DNA of 64,000 nt from an uncultured Lachnospiraceae bacterium. Lineage in GTDB: Bacteria; Bacillota; Clostridia; Lachnospirales; Lachnospiraceae. Below the pieces are notes generated by a model, which saw only the letters and a list, made by a program, of their open reading frames with translations, had not been told where the DNA came from and did no database searches. Made by a program: the position numbers and the translations under genes. Positions 47,205-58,169 of this stretch are shown here, piece after piece (positions within the stretch are counted from its first letter, which is position 1; each line of letters begins with the position of its first letter). The stretch is from NCBI GenBank assembly GCA_947363565.1, contig CANAPP010000012.1:423-64422 (forward strand), read 5' to 3'.

Positions 47205-48482
47205 TTAATCATTGATCATCATCTTGATAATCTCTTCATTGGTCTCCTTCATGCCGTCCTTGCCGAGACGCCCGATATTGCTGATGGTCGCCTCCACGCC
47301 TTTCGTCACGATGCCGTCTCCGGCATAGAACTGCTGCCCGCGAAGGAACATATTGTATCCTAAGATCCCGGCGTCCACGGATGCGGCAATCTTCGCCGCG
47401 CAGGACGCTTTCGCCCCGTCGCAGACCATGCCTGACACGATAGCCAGCGCGTTGACTACCGTATGTATCACTTCCTCATAGCCGCCGCCCATCAGGTACG
47501 CAATCCCGGCTCCCGCCGCTGCTCCTGCGCTGACCGCCCCGCAGTATGCGGAAAGCCTTCCGATGCCCGTCTTCTGGTGAATCGCCGTCAGGTTGGAGAG
47601 TGCCAGCGCACGGTACATCTTTTCTTCCCCGGAGTTATACTCCTTTGCATACTCCAGCACAGGGAGAGAACATGTCATCCCCTGGTTGCCGCTGCCTGCA
47701 TTGATAATTACCGGCAGCTCGCAGCCGTTCATCCTGGCATCCGAGCCCGCAGCCGCCCTGGCTTTTGCCCTTGTGCGGACATCATCCCCGTAGGTGTCAA
47801 GAAGGACGCTGCCGATATTCGCGCCGTAATCCCCTTTAAGCCCTTCGTCAGCGATAGCCGTGTTGTACTCAATCTGCCTGCCGATGACCTCTTTGATATC
47901 CGCGATGTCCACGCTGTTAATAAAATCCCAGATATCTTCCATATTAAGGAGGGAACGGTCCGTAAGGCCCTCCTCCGTCTCGCCCTCCACCGGGATATCT
48001 AAAAGCTTTTCCCCGTCCTTTTCCACCAGGACGATATTCGTGTGATAGTTGGCAATCCTAACTTTCGCGTAGGAATCTCCTTTTTTCGCCAGAACGATGA
48101 TGTCGAAGGTAACCCCGTTGTCAATATGCTCCACGCTGATTGGCACGGTCTTTAAAAACTCTGCCATCCGCACCGTCTCCTCCTCGGAAACCTCTGCAAT
48201 CACTTCCAGCTCTTTCTCCGCCTTTCCCGCGATAATCCCCGCTGTCGCCGCCGCCGGAATCCCTTTCAGGTGGTTCGTGTTGGGAACAATCACGCTCTTT
48301 ACATTCTTAATAATGCTGCCGCTTGCGCCAATCTCCACGCTGTCCGGCAGTTCCCCCAGAACCTCTCTCGCCTTTGCTGCGGCGTAAGCTAACGCAATCG
48401 GCTCCGTACAGCCCATCGCCGGCACAAGCTCCTCATTGAGAATCTGGATATATGCACCGTATTTTTCATTTGTTCTTTCCAT
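47205..48482 (-). CDS. UPF0597 / L-cysteine desulfidase-like (serine dehydratase alpha family)
   Basis: PAMGCTEP, GSDARM.G, GSGNQG, GRLSAYCG, MVCDGAKASCA. Confidence 0.88.
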   Translation of the reverse strand: MERTNEKYGAYIQILNEELVPAMGCTEPIALAYAAAKAREVLGELPDSVEIGASGSIIKNVKSVIVPNTNHLKGIPAAATAGIIAGKAEKELEVIAEVSEEETVRMAEFLKTVPISVEHIDNGVTFDIIVLAKKGDSYAKVRIANYHTNIVLVEKDGEKLLDIPVEGETEEGLTDRSLLNMEDIWDFINSVDIADIKEVIGRQIEYNTAIADEGLKGDYGANIGSVLLDTYGDDVRTRAKARAAAGSDARMNGCELPVIINAGSGNQGMTCSLPVLEYAKEYNSGEEKMYRALALSNLTAIHQKTGIGRLSAYCGAVSAGAAAGAGIAYLMGGGYEEVIHTVVNALAIVSGMVCDGAKASCAAKIAASVDAGILGYNMFLRGQQFYAGDGIVTKGVEATISNIGRLGKDGMKETNEEIIKMMIND

Positions 48483-48679
48483 CCTAAACCTCTCCTTTAT
48501 CAAGATATTGTACATCCCTTGCTCCTATTATAGAAAATCTGCGTGGATGTTGCAATAGATTTGTTGCCGCCGATTTCGGGAAAATGGATGAAATGCATCA
48601 TATCGCTTGAAAACCTCCCGCAATAACGCTACAATAAACACGGACTGTAAATCAGATTATAGATTAAGGAGATTTTACC

Positions 48680-49501
48680 GTGCAGATTCAGGATAAACTT
48701 ACGATGCCAATCGGCGTCTTCGATTCCGGCGTCGGCGGACTTACCGTCGCCCGGGAGATTATGCGCCAGCTCCCCAGCGAAAATGTCGTATATTTCGGGG
48801 ATACTGCCAGAGTGCCTTACGGCAGCAAGTCAAAAGATACGATTATCCGGTTTTCCAGGCAGATTATCCGGTTTTTAAAAACAAAAGAGGTAAAGGCAAT
48901 CGTCATCGCATGCAATACAGCCAGCGCCCTCGCCTTAGAGACTGTCCAGGCGGAGACGGACATCCCGGTCATCGGTGTTATCGCGCCGGGCGCAAGAGCC
49001 GCTGTAAAGGAGACGAAAAATAAAAAAATCGGGGTTGTGGGAACCGAGGCCACCATCCGCAGCGAGACTTATACGAAAGTGATACGCTCCCATCTCCCGG
49101 GCGCCTCCGTCATCGGAAAGCCCTGCCCGCTCTTTGTGCCGCTGGTGGAGGAAGGCTTTGCAAAGCACTCTATCACAGAGCAGGTCATCGATATCTATCT
49201 GGCCGATATGAAAAACACAGATATTGACACCATGATCCTCGGATGCACCCATTACCCCTTGCTCCGCTCAAAGATTATGGCATACTTAGGGGAGCGCGTA
49301 CATATCGTGAACCCGGCATATGAGACCGCCATGGATCTGAAAGCGGTCTTGAAGGAGCGGCAGATTGCGAATACTTCCGGAACACCCGGCACTTACGAAT
49401 TCTATGTCAGCGACGCGGCAGAAAAGTTCACGAAGTTCGCCAACTCCATCCTGCCCTACGATATCGCGACTACACAGTGTATAAATATTGAAGAGTTTTA
49501 A
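48680..49501 (+). CDS. murI: glutamate racemase
   Basis: FDSGVGG, IACNTAS, LGCTHYP. Confidence 0.97.
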   Translation: MQIQDKLTMPIGVFDSGVGGLTVAREIMRQLPSENVVYFGDTARVPYGSKSKDTIIRFSRQIIRFLKTKEVKAIVIACNTASALALETVQAETDIPVIGVIAPGARAAVKETKNKKIGVVGTEATIRSETYTKVIRSHLPGASVIGKPCPLFVPLVEEGFAKHSITEQVIDIYLADMKNTDIDTMILGCTHYPLLRSKIMAYLGERVHIVNPAYETAMDLKAVLKERQIANTSGTPGTYEFYVSDAAEKFTKFANSILPYDIATTQCINIEEF

Positions 49502-49571
49502 TTTTTACTATGATTTTTCTGGTTTTTCCTATATAATGGTAGATGGGTTTAAAAGATTATGCTATTTTTCC

Positions 49572-49619
49572 TGCATAAATATACACCGTTTTTCAACCCG
49601 TGAATTGCAAAGATATGCA
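49572..49619 (+). promoter_or_regulatory. two ARG boxes (ArgR/AhrC)
   Basis: TGCATAAATATACA (49572-49585) and TGCAAAGATATGCA (49606-49619) resemble TGMAT-N4-ATKCA. Confidence 0.6.
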
Positions 49620-49642
49620 CTTTAATATCAAAGGAGGTACAT

Positions 49643-52600
49643 ATGCCAAAAAGAACAGATATTAACAAAGTATTGATCATCGGCTCCGGTCCCATCATCA
49701 TCGGGCAGGCATGCGAATTTGACTACTCCGGGACGCAGGCGTGCAAAGCCTTAAGAAAGCTTGGCTACGAGATTGTATTGGTAAATTCCAACCCTGCTAC
49801 GATCATGACTGACCCGGAAACTGCCGATGTGACTTATATCGAGCCGCTGAACGTCAGGCGTCTGGAACAGATCATTGCAAAGGAACGGCCGGACGCGCTT
49901 CTTCCCAATCTCGGCGGCCAGTCCGGACTTAACCTCTGCGCCGAGCTTGCAAAGGAAGGCATCCTTGACAAGTATCATGTACAGGTCATCGGCGTACAGG
50001 TGGATGCCATCGAACGCGGCGAGGACCGCATCGAATTCAAAAAATCCATGGATGCCATCGGTATCGAGATGGCAAGGAGCGAAGTTGCCTACACGGTAGA
50101 CGAGGCTCTCGGCATCGCTGACAGGCTTGGCTATCCGGTTGTACTTCGTCCGGCCTACACCATGGGCGGCGCCGGCGGCGGTCTTGTCTACAACAAAGAA
50201 GAGTTAAAGACCGTATGCGCAAGAGGCTTGCAGGCAAGTCTTGTAGGCCAGGTGCTCGTGGAAGAATCTATCCTCGGGTGGGAAGAATTAGAGCTCGAGG
50301 TTGTCCGCGATTCTGAAAACAAAATGATCACTGTCTGCTTTATCGAAAATATCGACCCCCTCGGCGTACACACCGGGGATTCTTTCTGTTCCGCTCCGAT
50401 GCTGACCATTTCCGAGGAATGTCAGGCACGGCTTCAGGAACAGGCTTACCGCATCGTTGAATCTGTGCAGGTCATCGGCGGGACGAATGTGCAGTTCGCA
50501 CACGATCCTGTCACCGACCGCATCGTTGTTATTGAGATCAATCCCAGAACATCCCGCTCCTCTGCGCTGGCATCAAAGGCTACCGGGTTCCCTATCGCCC
50601 TTGTATCCTCTATGCTTGCCGCCGGCCTTACCCTGAAGGACATCCCCTGCGGCAAATACGGGACTCTCGACAAATATGTGCCGGACGGCGATTATGTTGT
50701 CATCAAATTCGCCCGCTGGGCTTTTGAAAAATTCAAGGGCGTTGAGGACAAGCTGGGCACACAGATGCGCGCGGTAGGCGAAGTGATGAGTATCGGAAAG
50801 ACTTACAAAGAAGCTTTCCAAAAAGCGATCCGAAGCCTTGAGACCGGACGGTACGGCCTGGGTCATGCAAAAGATTACGCAGACCAATCCAGGGAGGCAC
50901 TCCTTAAGCTTCTGATCACGCCGTCAAGCGACCGCCACTTTATCATGTACGAAGCACTGCGGAAAGGCGCAGAAGTAGAGGAAATCTTCCAGATTACCAA
51001 AGTAAAGCATTGGTTTATCGAACAGATGAAGGAGCTGGTGGAGGAGGAAGAGGCGCTCACTGCGCACAAAGGCTCTCTTCCGCCGGATGATAAGCTTATT
51101 TCCGCTAAGAAAAATGGTTTCTCGGACAAATATCTGGGACAGATCCTTGCTGTCCCAGAGGCAGATATCCGCAACAGGCGCATCGAGCTCGGCGTTACGG
51201 AGAGCTGGGAAGGGGTACATGTGAGCGGTACCAAAGACAGCGCTTATTACTACTCAACCTACAACGCCGAGGATAAAAATCCGGTAAATACCAACCGGCC
51301 AAAGATCATGATCTTAGGCGGCGGGCCGAACCGTATCGGGCAGGGTATTGAGTTCGACTACTGCTGCGTACATGCTGCTCTGGCCCTTAAAAAGCTCGGC
51401 TTTGAGACAATCATCGTAAACTGTAACCCCGAAACGGTTTCGACGGATTATGACACCTCGGACAAGCTGTACTTTGAGCCGCTGACGCTGGAAGATGTCT
51501 TGAGCATCTACAATAAAGAAAAACCGTTAGGTGTCATCGCGCAGTTCGGCGGTCAGACACCGCTTAATCTGGCGTCCGAGCTTGAGGAGAACGGCGTCCG
51601 GATCCTCGGGACTTCCCCGGCAGTCATCGACCTGGCAGAAGACCGGGATCTGTTCCGGGAGATGATGGATAAGCTTGAGATTCCTATGCCGGAATCCGGG
51701 ATGGCAACTACTGTGGAAGAAGCTTTACAGATCGCAAAAGAAATCGGCTACCCGGTTATGGTCCGTCCCTCCTACGTTCTCGGCGGACGCGGGATGGAAG
51801 TGGTCTATGACGATGAGAGCATGGAAGGATATATGAAGGCTGCTGTAGGAGTCACTCCTGACCGTCCCATCCTTATCGACCGTTTCTTAAATCATGCCTT
51901 AGAGTGCGAGGCAGACGCCATCAGCGACGGGACACATGCATTTGTTCCTGCCGTTATGGAACATATTGAGCTTGCCGGAGTGCATTCCGGCGATTCCGCC
52001 TGTATCATCCCGTCGGTTCACATTTCCGAAGAAAATGTGGCCACGATCAAGGAATATACAAGAAAAATCGCGGAGGAGATGCACGTCAAAGGTTTGATGA
52101 ATATGCAGTATGCCATTGAAAACGGCAAGGTGTATGTATTAGAAGCCAACCCGCGGGCATCCAGAACAGTGCCGCTTGTCTCGAAGGTATGCAATATACG
52201 GATGGTTCCTCTGGCAACGGAGATCATCACCGCGGAGATTACCGGAAAACCGTCGCCGGTTCCGGAACTTAAAGAACAGGACATCCCATATTACGGCGTG
52301 AAGGAAGCTGTCTTCCCGTTCAATATGTTCCAGGAAGTTGATCCGATCTTAGGGCCGGAGATGCGCTCTACCGGAGAGGTCTTAGGACTTTCCCCGTATT
52401 ACGGCGAAGCATTTTACAAAGCTCAGGAGGCAACACAGACAAAGCTTCCGCTTGGCGGCACGGCACTTATCTCCGTAAACCGCAAGGACAAAGAAGAAGT
52501 TGTGGAGATTGCAAAGAGTATCGCAGATGACGGCTTTAAAATCATTGCCACCGGCAATACTTACAAGCTGATCCGTGAGGCCGGAATTGAGGCGGAGCGT

Positions 52601-52870
52601 GTGAATAAGCTCTATGAAGGCCGCCCGAATATTTTAGATATGATCACGAACGGGCAGATTGACTTCATCGTCAACTCCCCCGTAGGAAAGGACAGCATAC
52701 ATGACGACAGCTATCTGCGCAAGGCAGCCATCAAGTCCAAGATTCCTTATATGACGACTATCGCTGCTGCCAGAGCGACCGCAAAGGGGATCCGCTATGT
52801 AAAAGAGCATGGAAACGGAGAGGTAAAATCCCTGCAGGCGCTCCACAGTGAAATCCGCGATAAAGGTTAA
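49643..52870 (+). CDS. carB: carbamoyl-phosphate synthase large subunit
   Basis: GSGPIIIGQACEFDYSG, two ATP-grasp halves, MGS domain. Confidence 0.98.
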   Translation: MPKRTDINKVLIIGSGPIIIGQACEFDYSGTQACKALRKLGYEIVLVNSNPATIMTDPETADVTYIEPLNVRRLEQIIAKERPDALLPNLGGQSGLNLCAELAKEGILDKYHVQVIGVQVDAIERGEDRIEFKKSMDAIGIEMARSEVAYTVDEALGIADRLGYPVVLRPAYTMGGAGGGLVYNKEELKTVCARGLQASLVGQVLVEESILGWEELELEVVRDSENKMITVCFIENIDPLGVHTGDSFCSAPMLTISEECQARLQEQAYRIVESVQVIGGTNVQFAHDPVTDRIVVIEINPRTSRSSALASKATGFPIALVSSMLAAGLTLKDIPCGKYGTLDKYVPDGDYVVIKFARWAFEKFKGVEDKLGTQMRAVGEVMSIGKTYKEAFQKAIRSLETGRYGLGHAKDYADQSREALLKLLITPSSDRHFIMYEALRKGAEVEEIFQITKVKHWFIEQMKELVEEEEALTAHKGSLPPDDKLISAKKNGFSDKYLGQILAVPEADIRNRRIELGVTESWEGVHVSGTKDSAYYYSTYNAEDKNPVNTNRPKIMILGGGPNRIGQGIEFDYCCVHAALALKKLGFETIIVNCNPETVSTDYDTSDKLYFEPLTLEDVLSIYNKEKPLGVIAQFGGQTPLNLASELEENGVRILGTSPAVIDLAEDRDLFREMMDKLEIPMPESGMATTVEEALQIAKEIGYPVMVRPSYVLGGRGMEVVYDDESMEGYMKAAVGVTPDRPILIDRFLNHALECEADAISDGTHAFVPAVMEHIELAGVHSGDSACIIPSVHISEENVATIKEYTRKIAEEMHVKGLMNMQYAIENGKVYVLEANPRASRTVPLVSKVCNIRMVPLATEIITAEITGKPSPVPELKEQDIPYYGVKEAVFPFNMFQEVDPILGPEMRSTGEVLGLSPYYGEAFYKAQEATQTKLPLGGTALISVNRKDKEEVVEIAKSIADDGFKIIATGNTYKLIREAGIEAERVNKLYEGRPNILDMITNGQIDFIVNSPVGKDSIHDDSYLRKAAIKSKIPYMTTIAAARATAKGIRYVKEHGNGEVKSLQALHSEIRDKG

Positions 52871-52887
52871 TCTGAACTAATGGAAAT

Positions 52888-52940
52888 AAGGGCTGTTGCT
52901 TTAGCAGGCCACCCGCCTGCTTTTGCAACAGCCCTTTTTA
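52888..52940. terminator. bidirectional terminator
   Basis: AAGGGCTGTTGC...GCAACAGCCCTTTTT between convergent carB and lysS. Confidence 0.85.
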
Positions 52941-55076
52941 TTAATTCTCCATCGCTTCTGCCACTGACGCTTCGCAGCTTCTCATAGCCTTGATTGTCTT
53001 ATCGAAAAGCTCATCAAGTTCCCAGCCCAGACGTTCCGCGCCCTGGGAAATAACATCCCTGGAGCATCCTGCTGCGAACCGTTTATCCTTAAACTTTTTC
53101 TTTAAACTCTTTACTTCCAGATCCATCGTGCTCTTAGACGGGCGCATCAGTGCGCATGACCAGATCAGCCCCGTCAGCTCGTCCGCCGCAAAAAGTACCT
53201 TCTCCATCTCAAGCTTCGGCTCCTCTTCACTGCAGAGCCCATAGCCGTGAGAGCAGACCGCGTAGATCATATCCTCGCCCACTCCGGCCTCCTGAAGAAG
53301 CTCCGGTGCCTTCTTACAGTGCTCCTCCGGATAAAGCTCAAAGTCGATATCGTGGAGAAGCCCGGTAATGCCCCAGAACTCCTCTTCCTCTCCATAGCCA
53401 AGCTCTTTGGCAAACCAGCGCATCACACCTTCAACTGTCAGAGCGTGCTGGATGTGGAACGGCTCTTTGTTATATTTTTTCAGCAGTTCTAATGCCTGCC
53501 CGCGGGTGATACAGCTCTTCTTCGGCTCACGCGCAGCTTCCTTTTTGCCTGACTGGGAGGCATCGGACGGCTTTTTGTCTAAGGACTTCATTGTCGGAAA
53601 CAACAACACATCGCGGATCGCCGCCGAATCTGTCAGCAGCATGCACATCCGGTCAATGCCGAACCCGATTCCGCCTGTCGGCGGCATACCGATCTCCAGC
53701 GCGTTGAGGAAATCCTCGTCTGTCGTGTTCGCTTCTTCGTCGCCCTGCGCCAGCAGTTCTTCCTGCGCCTTAAAACGCTCTCTCTGGTCAATCGGGTCAT
53801 TCAGCTCCGAGTAAGCATTAGCCATCTCCCAGCCATTCATAAAGAACTCAAAGCGCTCCACATACTCCGGGTTCTCCGGCTTTTTCTTCGTAAGCGGGGA
53901 AATCTCTATCGGATGATCCATAACGAAAGTCGGCTGGATCAGGTGCTCCTCTGCAAACTCTTCAAAGAACAGGCTTAAGATATCGCCTTTTTTGTGCCTG
54001 TCCTCGTACTCTACATGGTGTTTGTTGGCAAGCTCTCTCGCCTGCGCTAATGTTTCCACCTCATTCCAGTCAACGCCCGCGTACTTCCTCACCGCATCAA
54101 TCATCGTGATCCGCTCAAACGGCTTTCCAAGATCCATCTCCACACCGTTGTAGACGATAGTCGTCGTGCCGAGTACCTCTTTCGCCACATGGCGGTACAG
54201 ATTCTCCGTAAGATCCATCATGCCGTTGTAATCAGTGTACGCCTGGTAAAGCTCCATCAGCGTGAACTCCGGGTTGTGCCTTGTATCAAGACCTTCGTTG
54301 CGGAAGACGCGTCCAATCTCGTACACCCGCTCAAGGCCGCCTACGATCAGACGCTTCAGATAAAGTTCCAGGGAGATCCGCAGCTTAAAATCCTCATCCA
54401 ACGCGTTAAAATGTGTCTCGAAAGGCCTTGCCGCCGCACCGCCGGCATTGCTTACAAGCATCGGTGTCTCCACCTCCAAAAAGCCCTGTCCGTCCAGATA
54501 TCTCCGGATAGCGCTGATAATCTTGGAACGCTTGATGAACGTATCCCTGGATTCCATGTTCATGATCAGATCCACATACCGCTGGCGGTAACGCATATCT
54601 GTATTCGTCAGTCCGTGGTACTTCTCTGGCAGGATCTGGAGGCTCTTGGAAAGAAGCTTCACTGCGGATGCATGGATAGATATCTCTCCGGTCTTTGTCT
54701 TAAACACTTCTCCCTCAAGACCTACGATATCCCCGATGTCTAATTTCTTAAAGTCCTTGTACTCTTCTTCGCCGATACTGTCCCTTGCCACATAAGACTG
54801 GATATTCCCCGTCTGATCAAGGATATTGCAAAATGATGCCTTTCCCATCACGCGCTTTTGCATAACACGTCCTGCCAGAGTGACCTGTCTGCCCTCAAGC
54901 TCCTCATAGTGCGCTAAGATGTCAGCCGCATGGTGCGTCACATCATATTTCGTAATGACAAAAGGGTTCTTCCCATTAGCCTGCAGATCCGAAAGCTTCT
55001 CCCGGCGCACCTTCTTAAGCTGGTTCATATCCGGCTCTTTTGCATTATTCTGCTGATTATTCTTCTGTTCTCCCAC
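52941..55076 (-). CDS. lysS: class II lysine--tRNA ligase with C-terminal HD-hydrolase fusion
   Basis: OB fold, [33 protein letters not shown]; then HA...LLHDID...SH...ADELTG. Confidence 0.95.
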   Translation of the reverse strand: MGEQKNNQQNNAKEPDMNQLKKVRREKLSDLQANGKNPFVITKYDVTHHAADILAHYEELEGRQVTLAGRVMQKRVMGKASFCNILDQTGNIQSYVARDSIGEEEYKDFKKLDIGDIVGLEGEVFKTKTGEISIHASAVKLLSKSLQILPEKYHGLTNTDMRYRQRYVDLIMNMESRDTFIKRSKIISAIRRYLDGQGFLEVETPMLVSNAGGAAARPFETHFNALDEDFKLRISLELYLKRLIVGGLERVYEIGRVFRNEGLDTRHNPEFTLMELYQAYTDYNGMMDLTENLYRHVAKEVLGTTTIVYNGVEMDLGKPFERITMIDAVRKYAGVDWNEVETLAQARELANKHHVEYEDRHKKGDILSLFFEEFAEEHLIQPTFVMDHPIEISPLTKKKPENPEYVERFEFFMNGWEMANAYSELNDPIDQRERFKAQEELLAQGDEEANTTDEDFLNALEIGMPPTGGIGFGIDRMCMLLTDSAAIRDVLLFPTMKSLDKKPSDASQSGKKEAAREPKKSCITRGQALELLKKYNKEPFHIQHALTVEGVMRWFAKELGYGEEEEFWGITGLLHDIDFELYPEEHCKKAPELLQEAGVGEDMIYAVCSHGYGLCSEEEPKLEMEKVLFAADELTGLIWSCALMRPSKSTMDLEVKSLKKKFKDKRFAAGCSRDVISQGAERLGWELDELFDKTIKAMRSCEASVAEAMEN

Positions 55077-55191
55077 GTTTTCTCTCCTTTCTGATTCTCC
55101 ATCATAGCCAAACGAAACCCCTCGTCATATGAGGGGTTCTTTTATCTGCATATACAGTCAAAGACGGGAATAACCTGCCGTAAGCAGGATG

Positions 55192-55674
55192 CTATACTGT
55201 GCGGTCGATGGCCAGGATTTTGTACTCCATCATTCCGGCCTGTGTCTCTACCTCTACCACATCGTTGACCTTCCTGCCCATCAAAGCCTGTCCGACCGGC
55301 GACTCATTGGAAATCTTGCCCGCCAGGCTGTTCGCCTCTGTGGAGCCGACAATCTTAAACTCCATCTCCTCGTCAAATGTAATGTCAAATACTTTTACCG
55401 TACAGCCTACATTAATTTTATCATAATCAACTTCATCTTCAACAACAACCTCTGCATTCTTAAGAATACCCTCTAATTCTTCGATACGAGCCTCGATATC
55501 TCTCTGCTCATCCTTTGCTGCGTCGTATTCCGCATTCTCCGACAGGTCGCCCTGCTCTCTGGCCTCTTTAATCTTCTGGGCAACTTCTTTACGCTTTACC
55601 ACCTTCAAATTCTCAAGCTCATCCTCCAGTGCCTTCAGACCCGCATACGTAAGTAATCTTTTCTTTGCTTCCAT
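55192..55674 (-). CDS. greA: transcription elongation factor GreA
   Basis: GDLSENAEYDAAK, ISNESPVG. Confidence 0.97.
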   Translation of the reverse strand: MEAKKRLLTYAGLKALEDELENLKVVKRKEVAQKIKEAREQGDLSENAEYDAAKDEQRDIEARIEELEGILKNAEVVVEDEVDYDKINVGCTVKVFDITFDEEMEFKIVGSTEANSLAGKISNESPVGQALMGRKVNDVVEVETQAGMMEYKILAIDRTV

Positions 55675-55775
55675 TTGTCTAGCTCCTTTTCTTTCTTCGT
55701 TATCACATGCTGCATGTGACTATAATACAAGCAAATTCTGCAAATAGTGTTACTGTAGAAGTAACGAACACTTAT

Positions 55776-55936
55776 GTAAGTCAAATACCCTGCCGCAAGT
55801 AACGGAATTCAAACCTGCAGCACCGCTAAAACAGCATGGCCTCTGACTTCCGCGGCAGTCACCAAATGTGCATGCCCTAAAGGACCGACTTCGCGCCGCA
55901 GGCATACCTGCCCGGCTCATTGCTCGCGGAAATAAA
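55776..55936. repeat. hairpin-rich ~160 bp element (MITE-like or leader RNA)
   Basis: GC-rich palindromic block within AT-rich intergenic DNA; TGACT-N8-AGTCA; starts GTAAGTCAAATACCC, ends GAAATAAA. Confidence 0.45.
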
Positions 55937-55956
55937 GATAATTTCACAATTTCAAT

Positions 55957-55985
55957 ATTATACATAATGCTCTGCGCGATGTCAA
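55957..55985 (-). promoter_or_regulatory. consensus sigma-A promoter (greA-lysS)
   Basis: Perfect TTGACA-17-TATAAT. Confidence 0.8.
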
Positions 55986-56075
55986 CATTTTCCGAACAGA
56001 AAGCATACATTTGCACACAAACGGTTGTGCTTTCATCCTGCATTGATTCATTATATGCAGGATGGCAGATTTTTA

Positions 56076-57029
56076 TTATATCCGCTGATAAAGAAGCTCT
56101 TTTAGTTCCTCGTAGGACTCTGTCTTGTTGATCTCGTCCCTGAGCCTTGCCGCGCCCTTAAGCCCCTTTGTATACCACGCCACATGCTTTCTCATCTCCC
56201 GGATCCCCAGATACTCTCCTTTGAACGCTATCTGCATCCTGGCATGGCGAAGCATCATCCCCCGGATCTCTTCCGGTTCCGGACGCTTGGGCAGCACACC
56301 TGTCTGCTCATATGCCAGAAGCTCTGAAAATATCCAGGGGTTCCCCTGGGCGCCCCTGGCGATCATCACCCCGTCGCAACCCGTCTCCCGGCGCATCTTA
56401 AGGGCGCTTACGCCGGAAAATACATCTCCGTTCCCGATGACCGGGATAGACACCGCCTCCTTGACCTTCCGGATAATGTCCCAGTCAGCCTTCCCGGAAT
56501 AATACTGCTCTCTCGTCCGGCCGTGGACGGCCACTGCCGCAGCTCCCGCTTCCTCGATAATCTTTGCTGTCTCTACCGCATTTACATGATCTGCGTCAAA
56601 GCCTTTGCGGATCTTCACGGTCACAGGCTTTTTTATGGCGCGCACTGTCTTCGACACGATCTCATAGACCAGCTTCGGCCGGTTCATCAGTGCCGAACCT
56701 TCGCCGTTTTTGACCACCTTGGGAACGGGGCATCCCATATTGATATCCAGGATTTGGAAGGGCAGCTCTTCAATCTCCCTGGCCATCCGGCTGATGATAT
56801 CCGCATCCGAGCCGAAAAGCTGCAGGGACACCGGATATTCCTCCGGGTGGATAGAGAGAAGGGCTTTCGTGTTCTTGTTCTTATATTGAAGCGCTTTTGC
56901 GCTGATCATCTCCATACAGAGAAGTCCCGCTCCCTGCTCCTTGCAGAGCAGACGGAACGGAAGGTCTGTGACGCCCGCCATGGGCGCGAGTATATATGGA
57001 TTTTTAAGTTCTATAGCTCCGATATTCAT
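56076..57029 (-). CDS. dusB: tRNA dihydrouridine synthase
   Basis: LAPMAGVTD, DINMGCP, VHGRT, GNGD, ARGAQGNPW. Confidence 0.92.
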   Translation of the reverse strand: MNIGAIELKNPYILAPMAGVTDLPFRLLCKEQGAGLLCMEMISAKALQYKNKNTKALLSIHPEEYPVSLQLFGSDADIISRMAREIEELPFQILDINMGCPVPKVVKNGEGSALMNRPKLVYEIVSKTVRAIKKPVTVKIRKGFDADHVNAVETAKIIEEAGAAAVAVHGRTREQYYSGKADWDIIRKVKEAVSIPVIGNGDVFSGVSALKMRRETGCDGVMIARGAQGNPWIFSELLAYEQTGVLPKRPEPEEIRGMMLRHARMQIAFKGEYLGIREMRKHVAWYTKGLKGAARLRDEINKTESYEELKELLYQRI

Positions 57030-57048
57030 CCAAACACCATTCTACTGT

Positions 57049-57825
57049 TTATCTTTCACGCTTATTTTTTTCGTAAATGATCCTCAGCCCCTTCAGGGTA
57101 AGCTGCGGGTCATAGACGTCGATGACCGGCGTCTCTCTGGCGATGATGTTGCCGAGGCCACCGCTGGCTACCACTTTGGCGTCGGTGTAGCCGGACTCCC
57201 TGCGGATCCTGTCCACGATATATTCCACCTGGCCGATCTGCCCGAATACAATACCTGCCTGCATACTGGACACCGTCTCTTTCGCAAGGATGGTATCCGG
57301 CTTCTTTATCTCTATCGCCGGGAGCATGGCCGCCTGCCCCCACATAGCCTGTGCGGACGTGCGGATACCCGGCGCGATGACCGCCCCCTCAAAAGTCGCC
57401 TCCGGCCCTACGATATCGTATGTCGTCGCCGTCCCGAAATCAATGACGATTACCGGACCGCCGTACAGCGTGTACGCCGCGACCGCATCCACAATACGGT
57501 CTGCACCCACCTGCTTCGGATTCTCCGTCATGATACGGATTCCTGTTTTGATCCCTGCCGACACCACCACCGGCTTGATCCCGAAATATTTGATCATGGC
57601 GCTCCCGAGAGAATGCATGATATCTGGCACAACCGATGCGATGATGACCGCGTCGATATCCCTGCTCGATATCCCTTGACGCTCCACCAGTTCCTTTAAC
57701 ATAATCCCGTACTCATCGGAAGTCCGCGGAAGCTTCGTCGTCATTCGGAAAGTCCCCAGAAGCTCCTCCTTCTTAAACACGCCCAGCGTGATATTTGTAT
57801 TTCCCACATCAATGACTAATAACAT
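57049..57825 (-). CDS. coaX: type III pantothenate kinase
   Basis: [18 protein letters not shown]. Confidence 0.93.
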   Translation of the reverse strand: MLLVIDVGNTNITLGVFKKEELLGTFRMTTKLPRTSDEYGIMLKELVERQGISSRDIDAVIIASVVPDIMHSLGSAMIKYFGIKPVVVSAGIKTGIRIMTENPKQVGADRIVDAVAAYTLYGGPVIVIDFGTATTYDIVGPEATFEGAVIAPGIRTSAQAMWGQAAMLPAIEIKKPDTILAKETVSSMQAGIVFGQIGQVEYIVDRIRRESGYTDAKVVASGGLGNIIARETPVIDVYDPQLTLKGLRIIYEKNKRER

Positions 57826-58151
57826 AGATCCCCTCCAAGAAAAAATACCTTATAATACATCTGCAGCGCCGTAAGCAGCTCTTCCTTCTCCCTCCGGAGC
57901 TTTTTGATCTTAAGCCTGCTCCCGATCTCATCAAACATCGGATCAAACTCCCCGGACGTAACTTCGAAATTCAAGCCTCCGTCTTCATCATACACAAGCG
58001 TCAGTATCCCGCCCACGTCATTGACATACAGCACGCACATGATCTTCAGCTCATCCTTGATGCTGTCCGGAAGTGCGTCAAAATCCGGATTCAGATAATA
58101 TTTTTCTTCATAAGAATTCGCGCCGCACAGCACAATCTTTTCTTCGTACAT
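57816..58151 (-). CDS. conserved hypothetical protein (DUF6145-like)
   Basis: [15 protein letters not shown]...DEIGSRL. Confidence 0.75.
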   Translation of the reverse strand: MYEEKIVLCGANSYEEKYYLNPDFDALPDSIKDELKIMCVLYVNDVGGILTLVYDEDGGLNFEVTSGEFDPMFDEIGSRLKIKKLRREKEELLTALQMYYKVFFLGGDLCY

Positions 58152-58169
58152 ATTCCCTCCTGTCATGCG

